DNA of 64,000 nucleotides from a virus (Duplodnaviria; Caudoviricetes): IMG/VR virus record IMGVR_UViG_3300021431_004525; one strand, 5' to 3'. Shown piece by piece: positions 10,233 to 19,496 of this stretch (position 1 is its first letter; each line of letters starts with the position of its first letter). The notes under the pieces were generated by a model. It saw only the letters and a program-made list of their open reading frames with translations, ran no database searches and was not told where the DNA came from. The position numbers and the translations under genes were made by a program.

Positions 10233-10529
10233 TTAATCTTTATTTTCTTTGAAACTATACTCAAAGTTAATGCTTTTGACACCATGACGTATCAAAAACA
10301 AGTCTTGTTCAATGTACCAAAGCAACTTAGCGTAATCTACATCGAAATCAAAGAATAAGCCATTAAAAGGCTTTTTGAGACCATGACTATATACTGATAT
10401 ACTCCCGTCTGAATTGACCACAACACGGTCAAAATAATGTTCCTTAGTGTTGTTGCATACTACTTCCGATATGTTCTCACGAAGAAGAACAGATACAAAT
10501 AACTGAAAATATAACTCCTTTGTATTCAT
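10233..10529 (-). CDS. hypothetical protein
   Basis: first gene after promoter 10556. Confidence 0.7.
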   Translation of the reverse strand: MNTKELYFQLFVSVLLRENISEVVCNNTKEHYFDRVVVNSDGSISVYSHGLKKPFNGLFFDFDVDYAKLLWYIEQDLFLIRHGVKSINFEYSFKENKD

Positions 10530-11174
10530 ATTATTTTACATCTTTTATTTTCAAATGCAAAGGTAAGCATTTTATTTGAAATAACCAAGAAAATTACGTT
10601 CTTTAACTCTTTTTTAACCGATTTTTACAACTTTTCGTAACTAACTGATAATCAGGCTATTATAAATTCCAATTTACCATTGCTTAACGTAAGTGTTTCA
10701 GTATCAGACACTTACAAATCTTAAAATTTAAGTATTTGAGTATTAATTTGATAGCATTTTAGAAATAAAATAGGGTTTTTAAGATATGCAGTACTATAGT
10801 ATTTGCCGGAAAATGTTCTCTTTTGAAAAATGTGATATGAAAATTTTTTACTGGATTTTGAAATGACAGATAGGTAAATTTACGGGAAAAATCCGTGTGG
10901 TGTGTATTTTTTAACAAATTTTAAATAATATGAAGTCATGTTAAAATTAGATAATAAATGTTAAATTTAGGATTATTTAACAAATGTATATTTATGCACA
11001 TATTTTGAATATATATACTAATTAATAACAAAGTGTCACATTTCCTTCTTTACACTTTGTCCGGATAATAATATTTTTAATTACAAATTGTAAATAAGTG
11101 GTGCAAATTTATTCAGTTAAAAAATGTTAAAGTTTCTAAAAATTTAATTAAAATTAACAATTTTCATTTAAATA

Positions 11175-11209
11175 TGTTGGAGACTATACTTTAGAATTTC
11201 ACTTCTACC
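11175..11209 (-). ncRNA. 35-nt hairpin sRNA motif, copy 1
   Basis: GG TAGAA GTGAAA TTCTA AAGTATAGTCTCCAACA; own promoter 11237-11270, no ORF. Confidence 0.75.
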
Positions 11210-11307
11210 TCTGTCAATTTCTTTATCTTTTGACAATGCAAAGGTAGTAAAAAAAACCGAGACTACCAAATAATCTCGGTTAAAGAATGTTAATGTAATT
11301 GTTAAAT

Positions 11308-11652
11308 TCAGTTTTCTATTTTCACCCAATAGGAGAATAGTTCATTTTTTGCCCTATATCTGTCGGGCATATGTCCATATCCGTCTGTATCGAGCCAATA
11401 GGCAAAATCGTCCAATAGTTCATCAAAGGTGTCGATAGTTTCTCTTACACTGCCATAATAGTAAGGCTTACAACCTTTTTTATATTCATGTGCAGTTGTC
11501 AGTGAGGTCACGGGATTTCTGTCAGATGTCATTACATATAGTCTGCCATTGCCTTCCTCAAATATCTCCCTTGCCCTTGTTTTTGAGACACGTAGATATG
11601 TTCCTATATCACTATCTGATATTAATTGAATTTTCTTTTTACTTATTGTCAT
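11308..11652 (-). CDS. hypothetical protein (distantly resembles 16975-17280)
   Basis: start at MTISKK; both have AREIFEEG/AKKAYENG and TFDELLDDFAY/TFENIVNDFRY. Confidence 0.7.
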   Translation of the reverse strand: MTISKKKIQLISDSDIGTYLRVSKTRAREIFEEGNGRLYVMTSDRNPVTSLTTAHEYKKGCKPYYYGSVRETIDTFDELLDDFAYWLDTDGYGHMPDRYRAKNELFSYWVKIEN

Positions 11653-11757
11653 ATAGATATTATTTAATTGTTTTCCCTTTGGTTTTCTTTTCAAGGATAA
11701 GCCACAGAACACCTATCAAGGCGAATACCAATGCTACAATAAGATTACCGGTAGCCA

Positions 11758-12204
11758 TTAGAAGTCCGTTTTATTTTCAAGATATTCTGTTACATAATGT
11801 TCATAGATTGCTTGGTATTCCTCACAACGTGTAACATATTTGAACACAAACGGAAGGAGTTCATCAAGCCATGCTATCATGTTCCTCTGAAGGTCTTTCA
11901 ATCTACCTATCATATATGGGGCTGAATAGTTTTCCCCATAGAGGAAAAGCGGCAATAGGTTTTCAGTTTGTACCTTATTCCAAATCCATGCGATATCGGT
12001 AACACCCAAATCACATTCATTTACCAGATACTGCAAATCCTCTTTGTCAGTAATATCGAAGATATAGTCGGCTCCGTTTCTTTCATCGTTTTGCATACGA
12101 TTATAGGCTGCAAGAACCATCTCAAGAACCTTATCATCAGTTTTGATGTCACGGGTAATTCTTGGTTTGATAATCTCGATAATGTTATTGAAAATCTGTT
12201 CCAT
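11758..12204 (-). CDS. hypothetical protein
   Basis: first gene after promoter 12249. Confidence 0.75.
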   Translation of the reverse strand: MEQIFNNIIEIIKPRITRDIKTDDKVLEMVLAAYNRMQNDERNGADYIFDITDKEDLQYLVNECDLGVTDIAWIWNKVQTENLLPLFLYGENYSAPYMIGRLKDLQRNMIAWLDELLPFVFKYVTRCEEYQAIYEHYVTEYLENKTDF

Positions 12205-12324
12205 ATTTTCTTTTTTTTTATTTAAAATGATTTTGTTTCTAATTGTGATGCAAAGGTAATAATAAATTTTGAATTATCCAAATGAATTACATTATTTAAC
12301 ATTGATTTAACTAAGAATTAACGT

Positions 12325-12504
12325 TTAGTATTCCATTTTAGATAATATGAGATATACTTTCTGTTCACAGCCATGCAGCATATTATTCGTACCATATCCT
12401 TGCCCATAGAGTTTATAGATACGTTCCATTTGCTGTTTAATGGTGTCATAGGACTTAGCCGGTCTTGCGACACTTGCTGATGTGATAATTGCTGTAAGAA
12501 TCAT
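12325..12504 (-). CDS. small hypothetical protein (59 aa)
   Basis: MILTAIITSASVARPAKS...; AGGAGG 8 nt upstream; promoter 12570. Confidence 0.65.
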   Translation of the reverse strand: MILTAIITSASVARPAKSYDTIKQQMERIYKLYGQGYGTNNMLHGCEQKVYLILSKMEY

Positions 12505-12671
12505 ATTTTTGTCCTCCTATTACATTGGTTTTAAAATTATACATATTATATATTAATTGATTTTTCAAGTACAAAGTTAGTGATAATTTTTGAGAGTACC
12601 AAATTTTTTGAGTTAAATCATCGTTAAATCCATGTGAAATTTATATAAAATTAACAATTCCGTACAGGACG

Positions 12672-12706
12672 TGTTGGAGACTATACTCTAAGGTTTTACC
12701 CTTACC
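12672..12706 (-). ncRNA. 35-nt hairpin sRNA motif, copy 2
   Basis: GG TAAGG GTAAAA CCTTA GAGTATAGTCTCCAACA; own promoter 12722-12755. Confidence 0.75.
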
Positions 12707-12805
12707 TATCAATTTTGATAATGCAAAGGTACGAATAATTTCTGAGAAAAACGAATTATTTTAGTTAATAGACATTAACAGATTGTTAAGAAATGTTAAT
12801 AGCCG

Positions 12806-13129
12806 CTATAGTGATATATCTTCTTCATCTGTATCTATTATATAATCTATTTCCGGTTTGATATATCTTATCTCTGTTGCTTTGCCGTACAATCCCACAT
12901 ATTCATTCAAATTCCATATACCATTGTATTTATCCATTCTGAATGAGATATTATGTTTATTGGGTTTGAAGTAACATTTGCAGAATATGCTATTGGTTGC
13001 TTTGAATATTCCGGTTTTATTGATATTTTCATCAATATATGTTTTATCAGCAGGGAATGTATTAACCATTTCCTTGGCCATATTCCAATACTTGATAATC
13101 TCTGAACCTTTAATTGATATGTAATTCAT
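12806..13129 (-). CDS. hypothetical protein
   Basis: ORF in operon. Confidence 0.7.
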   Translation of the reverse strand: MNYISIKGSEIIKYWNMAKEMVNTFPADKTYIDENINKTGIFKATNSIFCKCYFKPNKHNISFRMDKYNGIWNLNEYVGLYGKATEIRYIKPEIDYIIDTDEEDISL

Positions 13130-13130
13130 A

Positions 13131-13679
13131 TTATTTGATTTTTTCTATTGTGAATGTATATGGTGCTACTGCTCCGGAAAGCCATCTTGGGTTATCTATT
13201 TTCCACATTCTGTTTGGTTCTATTACATTCACGGCAAGTTTCTCATTATTGATTTCGTTCATCATATTAATCTCGCTTTGAATAAATTCATCTGTCAATT
13301 CATGTCCGAGAAGGATTTGTTCAGCGAAATGCCTGAAAGCAAGATACCAGTTCATTGATAAATCACCGCCATTAGGAAATACTCCACCATTCATAACAGA
13401 AACTTCGTGTTTTCCAAACTTATCTATGAATTTATATTTACCGCCAACAATGAAATATTTGTCGATTTTCTTGTGTGAAGGCTTATCCCAAGTTTCAATC
13501 GTATGTCGAATAATGTCAACCGACCTATACTGCCCGCCAACAAGATATGAATCTGCTGCTTTAGTAATAGTTACTTTTACCTTTGGGTATTGATACATTT
13601 TATTCTCATAGGCGATACATTTATCCTCTGTGTCGAATAAACGTCCATTGAAAGCCTTATAAGCGATTACTTGTTCCAT
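13131..13679 (-). CDS. hypothetical protein
   Basis: N-terminal YKAFNGRLFDTEDKCIAYE motif common in phage proteins; promoter 13704. Confidence 0.75.
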   Translation of the reverse strand: MEQVIAYKAFNGRLFDTEDKCIAYENKMYQYPKVKVTITKAADSYLVGGQYRSVDIIRHTIETWDKPSHKKIDKYFIVGGKYKFIDKFGKHEVSVMNGGVFPNGGDLSMNWYLAFRHFAEQILLGHELTDEFIQSEINMMNEINNEKLAVNVIEPNRMWKIDNPRWLSGAVAPYTFTIEKIK

Positions 13680-13917
13680 AACTGATATTGTTTAAATTTA
13701 TACTGCAAAGGTACAAAAAAGTTTTGATTTATCCAAATTGTTGAGGCTTAATCTTCGTTAAAACTATGTGAATTTTATATAATTTTAACAATTCCGTACA
13801 GACCATAAAGGAAACCTTTCTTCTTTCTTTTATATATTTTCTTTCTTCTGGGGAAGAAATGAAAATGAAAATTATATTAGTTAAAAATATAATTTTCCAT
13901 ACTTATACGATAAAATA

Positions 13918-13948
13918 CTCTATAGGTTCCGGTCTTGGACCTATAGAG
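13918..13948 (-). terminator. stem-loop, probable intrinsic terminator
   Basis: CTCTATAGGT..ACCTATAGAG flanked by A/T runs. Confidence 0.55.
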
Positions 13949-13975
13949 ATTTTTTATTTTGAATTGATTTTTATT

Positions 13976-14179
13976 TTATCCCTGACATTCAGGGATTGAA
14001 ACCTCATGGAACTTGAATATACCTTTTAGTCGTTCAGATGCCTTATACGAAGCCATCATTGCCCCTCCTACGCTTGGATAGTGCATTGCATCATCCATGT
14101 TTTCTGTAAGACTTGTGCCATCATTGGAAAGAAATCCCTTCAAATCCTCTGAATAGATTACATACGTTTTGTTGCTCAT
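13976..14179 (-). CDS. hypothetical protein
   Basis: start at MSNKTY; promoter 14311. Confidence 0.6.
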   Translation of the reverse strand: MSNKTYVIYSEDLKGFLSNDGTSLTENMDDAMHYPSVGGAMMASYKASERLKGIFKFHEVSIPECQG

Positions 14180-14596
14180 ACTCCTTTTATTTATTGAATT
14201 ATCGTTTTTACCACTTTTAAGGCTCGTAGGACGCATTTCTTTATTCAGATGGATAGTTATTAGTCTGAGACGTTAAAATGCGTTTATAAGCCATTTCTGA
14301 CGTTTTACGATGCAAAGATACAAATAATATCTCATACGGCCAAAGAATTTCTGTTAATTCATGCTAACAGAATGTTAAAAAATACAAAAAGGTCTTACCT
14401 ATCTATCTCAGACTTGTAAGACCCAAAATTAGTATTAACCTTAATTAAATAAAACCGGTGATAGTATCTGATACTACCTTTATCACGTTACTTGTCTTCA
14501 GTATATAAAAAATTTTCATTCGTGATAGGTGTCCGGTTAGTAACCCGTCCTAACTAAAATCAATTCATATAAAAATAACCTCACACTTGAGATTTA

Positions 14597-14673
14597 TGGT
14601 GGACCTGGGGAATTTTGCAATCCCGACCTTCGGCTTATGAGGCCGCTGCTACTTACTTCTGAGCTACAGGTCC
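14597..14673 (-). tRNA. tRNA-Ile2 (CAT anticodon; lysidine-type) or Met
   Basis: GGACCTG/CAGGTCC acceptor + ACCA, anticodon loop CTCATAA, C4-G69/C5-G68 pairs as in Ile2; atypical T-loop TGCAAAA. Confidence 0.85.
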
Positions 14674-15270
14674 TCTAAATGTGAGTTCCTATCGTTCCCG
14701 TAAAGCGTCCGCCTCCACCTCCAATGGTCGCAAGGCCGTTATAGGAAACTCACCGCACTACTTTGGAAATTCTTGCAAGTGTTGGTTGTGACCTCTCCAA
14801 CGTGTTTTTGCACGGGCCTAATCGGCTATAAGACCTTTACGTTCACATTAACCAACAATTTCCACTTTTCATGCCGGCACATCTCCTAAATCATCATCGT
14901 AATCACTACGTTAATGTAAACTCTCTTAGTACATGCCATTGTCAGAATTATTGCAAATCATTCCGACTGAGTTTATCCTTCTCGTCCCTGCGTTACCGCT
15001 TGCCAATCAGGCCCGGTCCGCAATCTGCGCTTGAAGGTTGAGCCACTTTCCGAAAGAGAACGTAGAGAGAACCGGATATGGCATTGCCACTTACACATGC
15101 AATGAAAGATTATAATCCAACAATTGACACGGGCGAATTTCATATAGTCCACTGACTTTAATTCGCAAAGGCGATGTGGCTTGTTCTCACTTTGGTCTAT
15201 GCTGCGGTATCTGTGCGTCACCGTTTCACCTATATAACGGGCTGCGTTGATTAGCGTCAGCAATAAGCCT
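14674..15270 (-). ncRNA. large (~600 nt) structured ncRNA, ROOL/GOLLD-like by size and context
   Basis: GC-richer, no credible ORF; long-range stems GTGAGTTTCCTAT/ATAGGAACTCAC, TGGAAATT/AATTTCCA, GTTGGTT/AACCAAC; abuts tRNA. Confidence 0.65.
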
Positions 15271-15619
15271 TATTTTAAATATGAATTTATATTATACTAA
15301 CCTTATTTGTCAAGGCTTGTCCCTTACTCTTATCATAGTTCCAAAGTCTTATATTAATATTAAACAAATCAAATCTTACATGCCCTTTAATTGGGCGGAG
15401 GTCTTGTGTCCATATTATTTGAACTATTACGGATTGGTACTAAGGTGGAATATTCCCCACAACCTCCCATCATCCATCGTTGGTTTTACAACTCCGCTAA
15501 TACTTTCTTGCGGGTGTCACGGTCATTTGTTTTATTTTGACAATGCAAAGTTACAACAATTTTCTCATATTTCCAAATATTTTATGTTAAAAAGTGTAAA
15601 GCCTTATGTTAAAAACCGT

Positions 15620-15751
15620 TTAGTGTTTGCGTTTTCGTTCACCAAAGGATTTAGGGTCATTAGCAATCTCTGTTGCACCGGCTTTCAGCATTTGAGGAAT
15701 ACGCTCATACTCTCTTTGGGTGAAAAAATTTACGATATAAGGTGTTTCCAT
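15620..15751 (-). CDS. small hypothetical protein (43 aa)
   Basis: METPYIVNFFTQREYERIPQMLKAGATEIANDPKSFGERKRKH. Confidence 0.5.
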   Translation of the reverse strand: METPYIVNFFTQREYERIPQMLKAGATEIANDPKSFGERKRKH

Positions 15752-15780
15752 ATAGATTGATATTTCTTTTTATTATTTAA

Positions 15781-15903
15781 TCACGGGGAATTAGCGGTTG
15801 CCGGTTAAGCCCTCACCAGTTTTTGTTTAGACCTCCTTCTTAAACTGCGCAGCGGTTAGGTACTGGGTCTGCTTGGGTTCCGGTCAACCCCGCTATTCCG
15901 TGA
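15781..15903 (-). ncRNA. rod-shaped ~120-nt structured RNA
   Basis: nested stems TCACGG/CCGTGA, TAGCGG/CCGCTA, CCGG/CCGG, CCAGT/ACTGG. Confidence 0.6.
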
Positions 15904-15928
15904 TATGTTTTACTTTCGTTTATTCTTT

Positions 15929-16255
15929 TCAAGCAGCCAACTTGTTAATAACCTGCTTCAACCTACTTGTCACAAAGCCTTTCGTCTTGTTGTCCTTGAT
16001 GGTGTCGCTCAACATGTCGCAGATATAGTTCAGCGTTGGAATGACATTCTCAGATGTAATGTTTCCGGTACCGACTTTTGCAGCGGCCTTGCTAAGTTCC
16101 TCTCCATGGCTTTCAATTGCAAGAATGATAGCGTCCTTATCCCAAGCATGGATGCCGGTGAATGTGGCCAATGCCTTGCCGTTCTTACACACTACTACGT
16201 TTCCGTTCTTGTCCATCACGTCAAACGTACCTACTTTTGTCACAATCTGTACCAT
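15929..16255 (-). CDS. early hypothetical protein ending -KLAA
   Basis: ORF with highly-expressed-type codons. Confidence 0.8.
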   Translation of the reverse strand: MVQIVTKVGTFDVMDKNGNVVVCKNGKALATFTGIHAWDKDAIILAIESHGEELSKAAAKVGTGNITSENVIPTLNYICDMLSDTIKDNKTKGFVTSRLKQVINKLAA

Positions 16256-16326
16256 AATTCTTAGATGTTTTTATTAATCAATGTTTAACTTAATCTGTCT
16301 ACCATACTCATTTGAGTACATGGGGG

Positions 16327-16400
16327 TGACTCCGGCGTGGCTCGAACACGCGACACCAAGTTTAGGAAACTTGTGCTCTATCCAACTGAGCTACGGAGCC
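16327..16400 (-). tRNA. tRNA-Arg(CCT)
   Basis: GGCTCCG/CGGAGTC acceptor, D-arm GCTC/GAGC, anticodon CAAGT-TTCCTAA-ACTTG, T-loop TTCGAGC; CCA not directly encoded. Confidence 0.93.
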
Positions 16401-16592
16401 TGTTTGTAGGTTTTCCTATTCCACCTACCAAGCCACATGGACTTAACTCTCACCATGTTCTACCGGTCAATTCCGTTTGGGTCAGGACTAATCTAACACA
16501 CCTCTCGGCTTGTCTGCACTTTCTTAGGGTGCTTGCGGCCTAATTGAAAACCCACTATTGGTAAAACTCCTTCAGCCTATTGTCCTTAGTTT

Positions 16593-16835
16593 TTATTCCA
16601 TTGTCGGCATAAATAGATTTACAAAATGAGCATAAAATAGGCTTGTGGCATCAGCTAATTGACTTATATTTTCATTCTCGGCAGTGATTGAAACAAAAAC
16701 AAAGCCTTCATAGATGTCCTCTTTATATGAAAACTTGGTGCCAAAGGCTGGAAAAACTGAATTGATAAACTCTTTCAGTTGCTCTAATTCTTTTTCATTT
16801 CCACTTTTTTCGATGTTCAAAAGCTGAATCTTCAT
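16593..16835 (-). CDS. hypothetical protein
   Basis: promoter 16867, AGGAG 8 nt upstream. Confidence 0.7.
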   Translation of the reverse strand: MKIQLLNIEKSGNEKELEQLKEFINSVFPAFGTKFSYKEDIYEGFVFVSITAENENISQLADATSLFYAHFVNLFMPTME

Positions 16836-16974
16836 AATCTAATCTCCTATTAATTTAAATTGACACTGCAAAGTTACGAATAATTTTTTAATCTACCAAA
16901 CTTTTTTGCTTAAAGAAGTTTAATGAATTGTTAATTGATGTTAATGTGTACTCATTCGAGTACATGGGGTCTGC

Positions 16975-17280
16975 TCATGCTGCCTCCACGAAGAAGATAG
17001 GATATTTTCCACGTTCATTGTCGCAATTGTAATACCGGAAGTCATTAACGATATTCTCAAAGGTACTGCCATTGGTAAAGGCATTATCCTCAACATGTTT
17101 CTTACTTGTGGGGAAAGGTTTTTGCCACACATTGTTTACACGCATCATGCAAGGGTGCATCCATATAGGTTCACCATTCTCATAGGCTTTCTTTGCCATA
17201 GGTGCTGTAACTTGTTTCACTTTGTGAGAAATACCATCACAGTCTACCATTTGAAAAGTCATTCCTTTATAGCGTAACAT
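16975..17280 (-). CDS. early hypothetical protein ending -VEAA
   Basis: ORF. Confidence 0.8.
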   Translation of the reverse strand: MLRYKGMTFQMVDCDGISHKVKQVTAPMAKKAYENGEPIWMHPCMMRVNNVWQKPFPTSKKHVEDNAFTNGSTFENIVNDFRYYNCDNERGKYPIFFVEAA

Positions 17281-17348
17281 ATTCTTATTTCTAAATAATA
17301 TTTGTTATTTGTTACTCATTTGAGTACATGGGTAGGTAATGTGGGGGC

Positions 17349-18038
17349 TTATGCGGCCTCCACGTTACACACCTTACCTTTAAGACTACTCTCTTTGTAA
17401 TAGACGGCTTCACCATTTGAGAAAACACCGCCACAGACGTAAACCTCCTCACAGATATACCGGCACACATCGTCGACCTCATCAGATAGTTTTTCTATCA
17501 TACCATTCAGCCACTTCACAAGGTTTTTCCTTTGGATTTTAGCCAATCCGGCATTCCATGTGTCACACCATGAATCGGTGACATTTTCTTGCCATGTGTC
17601 GGCAATATCATCCACAAGAGACTCTATGGAATAATTTTCAGAAATCCGGAAGTGATTACCGTAATTATCAGATATACAAATGTCCCAATCGTAGTTCATT
17701 CCGGAATAATGACCGCTATGAACATAAATCTCCTGACTGAATTCAAAATTGTTGAAATCCATGTCAGCACCCTTTTTACCGAAAGCATACCATTTAGACT
17801 TAGACGAAAGACAAGATGCGTGCATACTATCTTGATAGGAGTTACGGTCATTGTAGTCCACAGGGTCAAAACCCTTTTCCTTTGCGCTTTCTTGTGCAAA
17901 GTCGATATCGCAATCATAGTCAATGGAATCCTTAAATACCTCGACCTCCTCCTCAAGTTCATCATCATAAGCGGTTGTTGTATCGCCTACGACATAATAA
18001 TTACGTGCATTGATTTTGTGGAAATTAGGACAACTCAT
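17349..18038 (-). CDS. acidic early protein ending -VEAA
   Basis: 229 aa, C-terminal FSNGEAVY motif seen in phage/plasmid early proteins. Confidence 0.8.
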   Translation of the reverse strand: MSCPNFHKINARNYYVVGDTTTAYDDELEEEVEVFKDSIDYDCDIDFAQESAKEKGFDPVDYNDRNSYQDSMHASCLSSKSKWYAFGKKGADMDFNNFEFSQEIYVHSGHYSGMNYDWDICISDNYGNHFRISENYSIESLVDDIADTWQENVTDSWCDTWNAGLAKIQRKNLVKWLNGMIEKLSDEVDDVCRYICEEVYVCGGVFSNGEAVYYKESSLKGKVCNVEAA

Positions 18039-18468
18039 AATGTAAAGAATTTTTATTTGTTATACTTCTCGAATACATAGCCATAAGCAAGAATAGACGC
18101 AAAAAACCCTACAGAAATCGTTAAAAAACTTCTGTACGGATTGGATAAACAGAATACGCTATAGCCTAATATAGCGCACCATATAAGTGTAATAAACACT
18201 AAAAGAAATCTTTTCTTATTATTCATATACCTTAATTTTTAGATGTTATTTGAAATCGGATGCAAAGGTAAGCATAATATTTGAGACCACCAAATTTTCA
18301 GCGTTTTTTTATGATTTGTTAAGGAATACCCATGAATTGTGTTAAAGTAATGTTAAACACCTCAAAATATTTGCATAATTCAAAGAAATGTATTACCTTT
18401 GCAGTGTCAAAAGTTAAGGGAATGACACCCCACAAGTTTAACATCTTTAATTTATAGGAGAGACAAAT

Positions 18469-18756
18469 ATGACTAACAAGGATTTGATTAAGGCTTTTAT
18501 CAACGGCAAAGAGGCACAGAATAAGTCAATGCGTACCAATGGTACAAAGTTGTTCAGTTATTTTACTTGCATCGCTCAGAAGACTTCTGACGGCATTCTA
18601 TTTAACGTCTGCAAGTATAGCACGACAACAAGCAAGCAGCAGACCTACACACGAGATGAACTTGAGATACACGGAAAAAAGTTTACAGAAGTAGGTGCGG
18701 ACACATACATACCGCGTGGCACATGCGACCTCACACGCTACCATAAGGCAGCATAA
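18469..18756 (+). CDS. early hypothetical protein ending -HKAA
   Basis: promoter 18370, AGGAG; LFSYFTCIA...YSTTTSKQQ motif. Confidence 0.8.
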   Translation: MTNKDLIKAFINGKEAQNKSMRTNGTKLFSYFTCIAQKTSDGILFNVCKYSTTTSKQQTYTRDELEIHGKKFTEVGADTYIPRGTCDLTRYHKAA

Positions 18757-18807
18757 GGTTAAAATAAAATTTCATTTTTTTGTTTTTTGAATTTTTATAT
18801 TTATCTT

Positions 18808-18839
18808 TCCCCTTCAGTCCGTGATGGATAGAGGGGGGA
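18808..18839 (+). ncRNA. 3'-UTR hairpin with CAG/TAG internal loop (Flavo-1-like)
   Basis: CCCCTT-CAG-TCC-GTGAT-GGA-TAG-AGGGG; same motif at 22438-22469 (+) and 14391-14423 (-). Confidence 0.55.
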
Positions 18840-18875
18840 TTTATTTAACATTTTTTAATAAATAAAAATTGGACA

Positions 18876-18910
18876 TGTTGGAAACTATACTTCAAAGTTT
18901 CACCCTTGCC
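18876..18910 (-). ncRNA. 35-nt hairpin sRNA motif, copy 3
   Basis: GG CAAGG GTGAAA CTTTG AAGTATAGTTTCCAACA; own promoter 18930-18963. Confidence 0.75.
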
Positions 18911-19130
18911 CTTTGTCTTTCATTGACGATACAAAGGTACAAAGAATCTTTGAAATATCCAAATAAAAATCAATTTATTTTCAACGGGTTATTGTTTTTT
19001 AACAGAAAATTAACGAATTGCAAAACTATATTAAAAAATCGCCAAAAATTTGGTAGTCTCAGATTTTTGTTGTACCTTTGCATCAGAAATCAAGGAATAA
19101 TTCCGAGATAACATAAATTAGTTTTTTAAT

Positions 19131-19391
19131 ATGGAACGTTTAGAAATAAAAAAGTACGACAAAAATTTCGGTGCATATCTTGTTATTAATACAAGTGAGT
19201 GTGAATCGTGGGCTGTAGATGGTGACAAGCCATTAATTCATGAGGTGACATCAGCCGAGGACTTTATGAATTTAGGTTTAGAGGTCTCAACCGATGGCAG
19301 ACCGTTCACAGACCTCAAAATAGGTGAAAAAGTTGCCGATATTGATTTTGGCGGTGACTATGAGGGTGTATATGTAATGAGAGTTGGTTAA
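19131..19391 (+). CDS. hypothetical protein
   Basis: promoter 19049. Confidence 0.75.
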   Translation: MERLEIKKYDKNFGAYLVINTSECESWAVDGDKPLIHEVTSAEDFMNLGLEVSTDGRPFTDLKIGEKVADIDFGGDYEGVYVMRVG

Positions 19392-19496
19392 CATCTTTTA
19401 ACAATTCTGAAATGCTTTTTAACTAAAATAATTTGCATATTTCAGAAAAATGTATTACCTTTGCAGTGTCAAATTAAAAATCAATTCATATAAGTT

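Larger units (their letters stand above)
9284..17327. repeat. Four copies of the palindrome GTACTCAtttGAGTAC
   Basis: at 9284-9299, 16305-16319, 16948-16963, 17313-17327; three continue ATGGG. Confidence 0.85.

Noticed and set aside
14674-15270. tmRNA, RNase P RNA or rRNA fragment
   Set aside because: No GGGG..TTCRA..CCACCA tRNA-like ends, no GAGGAAAGTCC P4 motif, no rRNA signature recognised.
14973-15760. ORFs 14973-15263(-) and 15281-15760(+)
   Set aside because: Atypical composition, overlap structured RNA and a promoter; likely spurious.
16290-16326. HDV-like (theta) ribozyme 3' of the tRNAs
   Set aside because: Trailers show only a palindrome or AT-rich sequence; I could not build the nested double pseudoknot.
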